A stretch of 64,000 nt of DNA from Chitinophagales bacterium (GTDB lineage: Bacteria; Bacteroidota; Bacteroidia; Chitinophagales; Chitinophagaceae): NCBI GenBank assembly GCA_038208485.1, contig JBBQYS010000002.1, positions 13,323 to 77,322 of the forward strand, read 5' to 3'. Below are positions 57,067 through 64,000 of this stretch, in pieces. Each line of letters begins with the position of its first letter. Position 1 is the stretch's first letter. The notes under the pieces were generated by a model. That model searched no databases. It saw only the letters and a list, made by a program, of their open reading frames with translations, and had not been told where the DNA came from. The translations under genes and the position numbers were made by a program.

Positions 57067-57471
57067 ATGCTGGAAGGAAAAAGACAAAAACAGGTGGCCT
57101 CGGTGCTGGAACATGAATTGAATAACATATTTCAAAAGCTCGGCCTGTCCATGGTAAATGGGGGAATGGTTTCCATTGCCGGGGTAAAAATAACGCCCGA
57201 CCTATTTGATGCAAGGGTTTACCTCAGCTTTTTTCAAGTAGAAGATCCTACAACTGCATTGAATATTATCAAAGACCGTGACTGGGAAATAAAAAGAGAA
57301 TTGACCGCACAGGTAAGGCATCAGCTCCGCAGTATGCCACAGCTCAGCTTTTATATAGACGATACCCTGGAGTACGTAGATAAGATGGAAAAGCTTTTTA
57401 AAGACATCAAAAAAAATGATGATGCCATCACAAAAGATGTAACTGAGGAGAAAGATAAAAACACTGATTGA
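57067..57471 (+). CDS. rbfA: ribosome-binding factor A
   Basis: KRQKQVASVLEHELNNIF ... VKITPDLFDARVYLSFF is the typical RbfA KH-like pattern. Confidence 0.85.
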   Translation: MLEGKRQKQVASVLEHELNNIFQKLGLSMVNGGMVSIAGVKITPDLFDARVYLSFFQVEDPTTALNIIKDRDWEIKRELTAQVRHQLRSMPQLSFYIDDTLEYVDKMEKLFKDIKKNDDAITKDVTEEKDKNTD

Positions 57472-58691
57472 TGTTTTTAAAATTTGCCTGGCGATATTTT
57501 AGAGCAAAGAAATCTGCAAATGCCATCAATATTATTGCATGGGTAACTACCTGTGTCATTGCATTTGCTACTTGCTGCCAGGTATTGGTGCTTAGTGTAT
57601 ACAACGGATTTGAAGACCTGGTGAAATCCATGTATTCTTCTTTTTATACCGACCTGAAAATTCTGCCCGCTTCTGGCAAAACTTTTCTTTTAACACCACA
57701 GCAGCAAAATGCAATAAATGCCCTGCCGGGCATTGCTGCTATGAGCATGATAGCTGAAGACAAAGCCATTCTGCAAAATGGCACACAACAAACTTTTGTA
57801 AATGCCAAGGGTGTAGATAATAATTATTACAAAGTAAGCGGACTCCCTTTCAAAGTAGTGAATGGAAATTTTAATGTTGGCATTCTATCCAATCCGGGAA
57901 TTGTAGTGGGTGTAGGTGTTCAAAACGCAGCAGACATAAGTATGAATACTGCTTTTGATAAAGAGTTGATTACACTTACACTGCCCAAAAAAAACGTGGA
58001 ATCCTCTGATCCGTTGGCTTCACTCAGTGAAGGAAACGTGGTGGCGAATGGAGTCTTTGCCATACAGCAGGACTTTGATAATAACTATGCCATTACCAAT
58101 ATAGATTTTTTAAAAAGGCAGATGAATTTTGCACCCGAAGAATTTTCAGCGGCAGAAATAAAAATAAAACCAACAGTAAAGCCTACCGAAGCTCAGAGAC
58201 AGGTAGAGGATCTGCTGGGAGAAAATTTCCAGGTACAAACACTTTATCAGCAAAACAGTAACCTCTATAACACCATCCGCCTGGAAAAATGGGCCATCTA
58301 TGCAGTTCTGACTTTAATTCTGATTGTAGCTGCGTTTAATATGGTAAGTGCCCTGAGTATGTTAGTCATAGAAAAGGAAAAAGATATCAGCATTTTGCAG
58401 AGTATGGGTAGCCCACGCTCTATGATCAGAAAAATATTTTTGGCAGAAGGCATGTTGCTGGGGTTTGTTGGAGCGGTGATAGGAATTGCACTTGCTACGA
58501 TCATCTGCCTGATCCAATTAAAATTTCACCTCATCAAAATGGGCGGTGGCTCATTCCTAATCGATTATTTCCCGGTAAAATTACTGGTGTCAGATTTTTT
58601 ACTGGTAAGCGCAACCATATTTTGCATTAGCCTCCTTGCTTCATGGGTGCCGGCATATAAGGCATCCAAACAAATGATCGTCCTGAAATAA
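57471..58691 (+). CDS. FtsX-like ABC transporter permease (LolC/E family)
   Basis: TM1, a large periplasmic domain and three C-terminal FtsX TM helices. ATG 57471 shares one nt with the rbfA TGA (TGATG). Confidence 0.8.
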   Translation: MFLKFAWRYFRAKKSANAINIIAWVTTCVIAFATCCQVLVLSVYNGFEDLVKSMYSSFYTDLKILPASGKTFLLTPQQQNAINALPGIAAMSMIAEDKAILQNGTQQTFVNAKGVDNNYYKVSGLPFKVVNGNFNVGILSNPGIVVGVGVQNAADISMNTAFDKELITLTLPKKNVESSDPLASLSEGNVVANGVFAIQQDFDNNYAITNIDFLKRQMNFAPEEFSAAEIKIKPTVKPTEAQRQVEDLLGENFQVQTLYQQNSNLYNTIRLEKWAIYAVLTLILIVAAFNMVSALSMLVIEKEKDISILQSMGSPRSMIRKIFLAEGMLLGFVGAVIGIALATIICLIQLKFHLIKMGGGSFLIDYFPVKLLVSDFLLVSATIFCISLLASWVPAYKASKQMIVLK

Positions 58692-58701
58692 GTATGAAAA
58701 T

Positions 58702-59535
58702 TTAATAATCACCCAAAGTGGCAGGAAGCTCATCTAATGCTTCTTTCAATTGCTCAGCATTTGGTGCATTTCCATGCCATTCATGGTTATTCTCCATAAA
58801 TGGAACCCCTTTACCCATAACCGTATGCATTACTATACCTACAGGTTTTCCTTTTCCAAGTTTCTTTTTTGCTTTCTTTAGAGTGGATAAGACTTCGTCC
58901 ATATCATTTCCGTCCATTTCCATTACATCCCAACCAAATACAGCAAGCTTCTTTCCTACATCCCCAAGTTCCATCACCTTCTCCGTAGTGCCATCTATTT
59001 GCTGTCCGTTGCGGTCTATTGTGCAAATCATATTGTCTACGCCTTTAGACCCGGCAAACATGATGGCCTCCCAGTTCTGTCCTTCGTTCAACTCACCATC
59101 CCCGTGTAATGAATAAACAATATGCTCATCCTTATTTAATTTTTTGGCCATCGCAGCACCAATAGCTACACTCATACCCTGGCCCAGCGATCCACTGGCG
59201 ATACGTATACCCGGAAGGTGCTCATGAGTGGTCGGATGTCCCTGCAGCCGACTGTTCAGTTGGCGAAATGTACCGAGTTCTTTTAAAGGGAAATAATTAC
59301 TACGTGCAAGCGCACTGTAGAAAACCGGGGAAATATGTCCATTACTTAGGAAAAACAGGTCTTCATTTTTCCCATCCATTTTAAAATCAGGATTATGGTC
59401 CATGATGTCAAAATATAATGCTGTTAAAAAATCAGCACAGCCAAGGGAACCGCCCGGATGACCGCTTTGTGCATCATAGACCATTCTCATTATGTCTCTT
59501 CTTATTTGTGCAGCTATTTCCTTTAAATCACTCAT
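58702..59535 (-). CDS. transketolase, N-terminal (TPP-binding) subunit of a split enzyme
   Basis: SGHPGGSLG and GDGELNEGQ motifs; 277 aa only. Confidence 0.85.
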   Translation of the reverse strand: MSDLKEIAAQIRRDIMRMVYDAQSGHPGGSLGCADFLTALYFDIMDHNPDFKMDGKNEDLFFLSNGHISPVFYSALARSNYFPLKELGTFRQLNSRLQGHPTTHEHLPGIRIASGSLGQGMSVAIGAAMAKKLNKDEHIVYSLHGDGELNEGQNWEAIMFAGSKGVDNMICTIDRNGQQIDGTTEKVMELGDVGKKLAVFGWDVMEMDGNDMDEVLSTLKKAKKKLGKGKPVGIVMHTVMGKGVPFMENNHEWHGNAPNAEQLKEALDELPATLGDY

Positions 59536-59784
59536 ATTTTTTATAATTTATTTTTTTTGGTAGGATTATGGATACAAACCTAATAGAAAAACAAAGCACC
59601 ACAAAGAAAAAATCTGAAACGCACAATATAGTTTCCTTTCAGCCGTATTCTTAAATGGTGTTTCTGATTTCCAATAATAAGAAATGGTTATTTCCCTCCA
59701 AATAGGGGGGTTAATAATTTTATCTACTAAACAATTTATCTACATTTGTACACATCGAAATGTTAATAACAATTTAAAACCTGC

Positions 59785-60906
59785 ATGGACAACATACTAC
59801 TTAGTGCGGCACTGGCATTTCTCATTACATTTTTTTCAATTCCCATTATTATAGAAGTGGCGAAAGCAAAAAAATTATATGATGAACCAGACGAAAGAAA
59901 GGTTCACAAAAATGTGATACCTACTTTAGGAGGCATGGGTATATTCGCCGGCTTTATCATTGCTATTTTAATGGGTATCCCTGCCGGGGTTAATCCGGAA
60001 GTACAATATTTTGTAGCCGCTAGTCTTGTAATTTTCTTCCTGGGTTTAAAAGATGACATCATGATCCTTAGTGCCAGCAAAAAATTTGTCGGCCAATTGG
60101 TTTGTGCAGGTATTTTAATAAAATTCGGTGGTATACAAATTAATAACATGCATGGTTTCCTTGGGTTAGATGTAATACCGCCTGTAGCTAGTTATGTACT
60201 ATCTGTTTTCACAATCATTGTTATCACCAATGCTTTTAACCTGATTGATGGTGTAGATGGACTTGCAGGAACACTTGGATTGATCACAACCTTTACATTT
60301 GGCGCCTATTTCTTTTATATAGGATACATTTCTTATGCTGTAATTGCTTTTTCATTATCAGCAGCCATTATCGGTTTCCTGATCTACAATTTTTCTCCTG
60401 CCAAAATATTTATGGGAGATACAGGGTCTCTGCTTCTTGGAACGATAAATTCTATTCTTGTAATTAAGTTTATCAGCGTAGCACCTTTACCAAATCATGC
60501 ATTTACTATTACTTCAGCGCCAGCTATAGGATTTGCTATTTTAATGGTTCCATTATTTGATACTTTGAGGGTATTTGCTATAAGAATATTTAAGCGCCGC
60601 TCCCCTTTCAATCCGGACCGCAACCACATCCATCATTTTTTACTGGACCTTGGTTTCTCTCATCGGAAAATTACACTAAGCATTGGAGCAGTAGCTATAT
60701 TATTTATTTTAGCAGGTTTCATGATGCATAACTTAGATACCACACTTATTATAGCAGTTCTTCTTGTAGCAGCTTCAGCTATTACTGCCGGGGTGTATCA
60801 CCTGCGTAGAAAGCTTACAAATGGTTTTGTTGCCACTACCCAAAAGCAAGATATCATCAAAACCCACAAGATCATTTACACACCGGAAATGGTGGAAATG
60901 AAATAA
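59785..60906 (+). CDS. polyprenyl-phosphate sugar-1-phosphate transferase (MraY/WecA family)
   Basis: NAFNLIDGVDGLAG motif and ~10 TM helices. Confidence 0.8.
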   Translation: MDNILLSAALAFLITFFSIPIIIEVAKAKKLYDEPDERKVHKNVIPTLGGMGIFAGFIIAILMGIPAGVNPEVQYFVAASLVIFFLGLKDDIMILSASKKFVGQLVCAGILIKFGGIQINNMHGFLGLDVIPPVASYVLSVFTIIVITNAFNLIDGVDGLAGTLGLITTFTFGAYFFYIGYISYAVIAFSLSAAIIGFLIYNFSPAKIFMGDTGSLLLGTINSILVIKFISVAPLPNHAFTITSAPAIGFAILMVPLFDTLRVFAIRIFKRRSPFNPDRNHIHHFLLDLGFSHRKITLSIGAVAILFILAGFMMHNLDTTLIIAVLLVAASAITAGVYHLRRKLTNGFVATTQKQDIIKTHKIIYTPEMVEMK

Positions 60907-61036
60907 TAGCTTCTTGTTTATTATGCGGATTTTACCGGTCCCTTCTATCCTATTGCAATACTGCGGTTTATTATTATTTAAAAAATTTTAAAAAGGTTTT
61001 TAAGTAAATTTGCCCGTACACAAAAACAACTTCAGT

Positions 61037-61600
61037 ATGACAGAACAACTTACACATACCATAGAAGATACAAGTAGCAAAATGGCTAAAGCAATCAGTC
61101 ACCTGGAAGCAGAACTGGTGAAGATTCGTGCAGGTAAAGCAAACCCTTCTATGCTGCATGGCATATTTGCAGAATATTATGGCAACCCCACTCCGATAGA
61201 CCAGGTAGCAAATGTGAGTGTTCTGGATGCAAGAACCATCTCTATACAGCCTTGGGAAAAGTCAATGCTGGCAACTATTGAACGTGCTATTATATCAGCG
61301 AATATTGGTATCAATCCGCAAAATGATGGAAATATCATCAGGCTGTTTCTACCTGCACTTACCGAAGAGCGTCGTAAGGAACTGGTGAAAAGGTGTAATG
61401 CAGAAGGAGAAAACGGAAAAGTGACAATAAGGAATATCCGCCGTGACTCTATTGAAGAAATAAAGAAGCTGGAAAAAGAAGGACTTAGCGAAGATGAAAC
61501 CCGTGACGGAGAAGCTTCTGTACAAGACCTTACAGACAAATACATAGTCCTGGTAGATAAACATCTTCAGGCCAAAGAGGAAGAGATTATGGCTGTATAA
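61037..61600 (+). CDS. frr: ribosome recycling factor
   Basis: KIRAGKANPSMLHGI ... ISANIGINPQNDG ... PALTEERRKELVK. ATG 61037 is preferred to the upstream TTG. Confidence 0.93.
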   Translation: MTEQLTHTIEDTSSKMAKAISHLEAELVKIRAGKANPSMLHGIFAEYYGNPTPIDQVANVSVLDARTISIQPWEKSMLATIERAIISANIGINPQNDGNIIRLFLPALTEERRKELVKRCNAEGENGKVTIRNIRRDSIEEIKKLEKEGLSEDETRDGEASVQDLTDKYIVLVDKHLQAKEEEIMAV

Positions 61601-61620
61601 AATCATTGAATTTTTTACTG

Positions 61621-62520
61621 ATGGAAGCTAGCAGGGAAACATGGTTTTTATTATTATCTGTACCGCTATATATTGTTTTAATAGGGGTGGAAATAGTAAT
61701 GAGCAACTGGCAGGCAAGAAAACTCTATTCTTTTAAAGCAGTCATTCAAAACATATACCTCAGCCTTGCCAATGGCTCCATTGATCTTTTACTCCGCTGG
61801 GCATTTTATGTAAGTGTACTCATGTGGTGCTACGCACACAGGATCTTTGTTGTAGAAAATGTATATGCTTACTGGCTCCTGCTTTTCTTCCTGGAAGACC
61901 TTGCGTTTTATATAGAGCATCGGGTTGATCATTATTCCCGCATTTTCTGGGCTGTACATGTAACACACCATTCTTCTGAAGAATTTAACCTCACCACCGG
62001 GTTTCGTTCCTCAGTTTTTCAGCCCGTTTATCGGTTCATTTATTTTATTCCTATTGCTTTAATGGGTTTTCATCCCCTGGATATTGTGTTTATGTACAGC
62101 ATCACCCAAACTTATGGCATACTGGTACATACCCAATACATCAATAAAATGCCTCGGTGGTTCGAGGCTGTTTTTGTGAGCCCAAGCCATCACCGGGTAC
62201 ATCACGCCAGCAATATTTTGTACCTGGATAAGAACATGGGTATGTGCCTGATCATTTGGGACAAAATGTTTGGCACCTTCCAGGAGGAGCTTCCCGAAGA
62301 GCCGGTAAAATATGGATTGACCAAAAGCCTGGACAAACCATTCCACCCGACACAGATCGTTTTTCATGAGTGGAAAGCCCTTTCAGCAGACATGAAGAAA
62401 AAGTTACCACTTTCTACCAAGCTCAAATACATATTTAATGCCCCGGGCTGGAGCCACGATGGCAGTACCAAAACTGCAAAAGAACTCCGGGAAGAAATCT
62501 CTGTTTCCGCAACTGTGTAA
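61621..62520 (+). CDS. fatty acid hydroxylase / sterol desaturase superfamily membrane protein
   Basis: Histidine boxes HRVDH, HVTHHSS and HHRVHH. Confidence 0.8.
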   Translation: MEASRETWFLLLSVPLYIVLIGVEIVMSNWQARKLYSFKAVIQNIYLSLANGSIDLLLRWAFYVSVLMWCYAHRIFVVENVYAYWLLLFFLEDLAFYIEHRVDHYSRIFWAVHVTHHSSEEFNLTTGFRSSVFQPVYRFIYFIPIALMGFHPLDIVFMYSITQTYGILVHTQYINKMPRWFEAVFVSPSHHRVHHASNILYLDKNMGMCLIIWDKMFGTFQEELPEEPVKYGLTKSLDKPFHPTQIVFHEWKALSADMKKKLPLSTKLKYIFNAPGWSHDGSTKTAKELREEISVSATV

Positions 62521-62578
62521 TTTCATTTATTTAATACCTTCCCTGCCCAACCAATTCATTTACACAAAACAAAAAAAG

Positions 62579-64000
62579 GTGTATAGTATAGAAGACGTAA
62601 AAAGCTACGAGCAGCAAACCAAAGAGTTTTTAAAATATTCTTCTGCAACGGAGATAAATGATGCCGAAGCTTTGCGGAATGTGCTTCGTTTTCATGAGTA
62701 TAGATACTATGTAATTAGTGAGCCTTTGCTGACAGATTATGATTATGATATGCTGTACAAGTTGCTGCAAGAATGGGAGAAAGCGCATCCGGAAAATATA
62801 CCGGCAGACTCTCCGACACAGCGTGTGGGCAGCAGCCTGAATAAGGATTTTCCTAAAAGACAACACCTGGTTCCTATGCTCTCGCTGGATAATTCTTACA
62901 ATGCTGATGACCTCGTGGAATGGGACCGCAGGGTAAGAGAAAGCACCGGGTTGGATGAAATTATGTACTGCGCCGAACCAAAATTTGATGGTGCTAGTAT
63001 TTCTCTTCAATACGAGGATGATCAGCTGGTAGCTGCTACCACAAGAGGAGACGGGGAAGTAGGAGATGATATTACACTAAATGCAAAACAAATCAGGTCA
63101 GTGCCGCTAAGTGCTTCTTTCAGTAAATATGGAATAGCGCAAATAGAGATCCGCGGAGAAGTGATGATGAATAAGCAATCATTTGCTTCATTTAATGAGG
63201 GCCTGGCTGGAGAAGGGTTGGCTACACTCGCCAACCCGAGAAATGCTGCAGCAGGAAGCCTGAGAATGAAAGACAGCCGGCAGGTAGCCAGGAGAAACCT
63301 GGAAGCATTTTTATACAATGTAAGTTTTGAAAGAGATAAAACAGCTGATAATAAACAGAAGCCCACTACACATTCTGGTATGCTGCAAATGCTGTGGCAG
63401 CTGGGTTTTAAAAGCCCGGTGAAGGAAATGAAAGTACTGAAAGGGATCGGAGAAGTAATTAAATTTATTGGTGAATACGAAGAATCCCGGGACAGCCTGG
63501 CTTATGAAATAGATGGAATGGTGATCAAGGTAGATAGCCTGGAACTGCAGGACAAACTTGGTATGACTTCTCATCACCCTCGTTGGGCAATGGCTTATAA
63601 ATACAAGGCACGGCAAGCAGAATCCGTTTTGATAGGCGTAGAATACCAGGTAGGCAGAACCGGGGCAGTAACCCCGGTGGCCAAAATAAAACCTGTGCAG
63701 GTAAGCGGTGTTACTGTGGGCAGCATCTCCATACACAATGAAGATTATATAAAAGAAAAAGACCTGAAGCTGGGTGATAAGATCATTATAGAAAGAAGTG
63801 GTGATGTGATACCGCAGATCGTAAGATCGGTTACCGAAGACAGAACAGGAAAAGAAACGGAGATCATTTTTCCTACAACCTGTCCGGTGTGTAATGATGC
63901 ATTGTATAAGCCCGAAGGTGAGGCAGTGTGGCGTTGTGTAAATATAAATTGCAAAGCACAGGTGGTAGAACGCATCATACATTTTGTGAGTAAAGATGCG
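62579..64000 (+). CDS. ligA: NAD-dependent DNA ligase, 3' end outside the window
   Basis: My own translation from GTG 62579: ...LRFHEYRYYVISEPLLTDYDYD..., adenylation motif EPKFDGAS, TRGDGEVGDD, Zn finger CPVCNDALYKPEGEAVWRCVNINC. The frame stays open to nt 64000, so the gene is absent from the ORF track. Confidence 0.93.
   Translation, partial: MYSIEDVKSYEQQTKEFLKYSSATEINDAEALRNVLRFHEYRYYVISEPLLTDYDYDMLYKLLQEWEKAHPENIPADSPTQRVGSSLNKDFPKRQHLVPMLSLDNSYNADDLVEWDRRVRESTGLDEIMYCAEPKFDGASISLQYEDDQLVAATTRGDGEVGDDITLNAKQIRSVPLSASFSKYGIAQIEIRGEVMMNKQSFASFNEGLAGEGLATLANPRNAAAGSLRMKDSRQVARRNLEAFLYNVSFERDKTADNKQKPTTHSGMLQMLWQLGFKSPVKEMKVLKGIGEVIKFIGEYEESRDSLAYEIDGMVIKVDSLELQDKLGMTSHHPRWAMAYKYKARQAESVLIGVEYQVGRTGAVTPVAKIKPVQVSGVTVGSISIHNEDYIKEKDLKLGDKIIIERSGDVIPQIVRSVTEDRTGKETEIIFPTTCPVCNDALYKPEGEAVWRCVNINCKAQVVERIIHFVSKDA

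Noticed and set aside
58702-59535. An 'orphan' N-terminal transketolase subunit as an anomaly.
   Set aside because: The C-terminal subunit may simply be encoded elsewhere. This cannot be evaluated without the whole genome.
62630-63982. Three minus-strand ORFs (126, 114 and 223 aa) listed in the track.
   Set aside because: They lie antisense to a plus-strand frame that is clearly open and encodes ligA (KxDG motif, Zn finger). Their sequences are low quality, so they are shadow ORFs.
1-64000. tRNA, rRNA, tmRNA and RNase P genes.
   Set aside because: I scanned every intergenic region longer than 100 bp by eye and found no cloverleaf-compatible or GC-rich structured segment. This is not a substitute for tRNAscan or Infernal.

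Overview
This AT-rich chromosomal window reads as Bacteroidota, probably Chitinophagia- or Sphingobacteriia-like. The evidence is two cargo genes with type IX secretion (T9SS) C-terminal sorting domains, a GldA-like ABC ATPase, an S46 dipeptidyl-peptidase and a Pif1-type helicase. About 60 CDS are credible and most are housekeeping: uvrB, mnmG, ybeY, nadA, nadD, rlmD, rbfA, frr, alr, a ClC channel, MscS and ChrA. ligA runs off the 3' edge and is therefore absent from the ORF track. I saw no rRNA, tRNA, CRISPR array, integrase or transposase. Signals not explained by ordinary gene content: (1) The 306-bp ybeY-mnmG spacer holds three parS 16-mers, one identical to the canonical TGTTCCACGTGAAACA. 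About 4.8 kb away, a 597-bp gene-free AT-rich region carries helically phased DnaA-box-like 9-mers. Together they suggest an origin-proximal region and a candidate oriC. (2) At 24.7-25.7 kb there is a nest of ~75-100-bp hairpin repeats, bracketed by long inverted arms, with a small GIY-YIG nuclease gene embedded. This recalls REP/RAYT systems but with a different nuclease. (3) Two ssb copies differ at 15 of 345 nt, and every difference is synonymous. They sit beside a Pif1-HRDC-HTH helicase. (4) Period-7 tandem repeats (GTTCATG, GTCTATC, TAYWTAG, GTAAAAA) abut stop codons at four unlinked loci. (5) A G9 tract lies inside a 1753-aa T9SS surface protein and a G8 tract lies in a promoter region. 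(6) A methyltransferase carries an in-frame TAA, and a rhomboid paralogue lacks the catalytic Ser. All functional calls come from motif recognition by eye. No searches, alignments or skew calculations were run.
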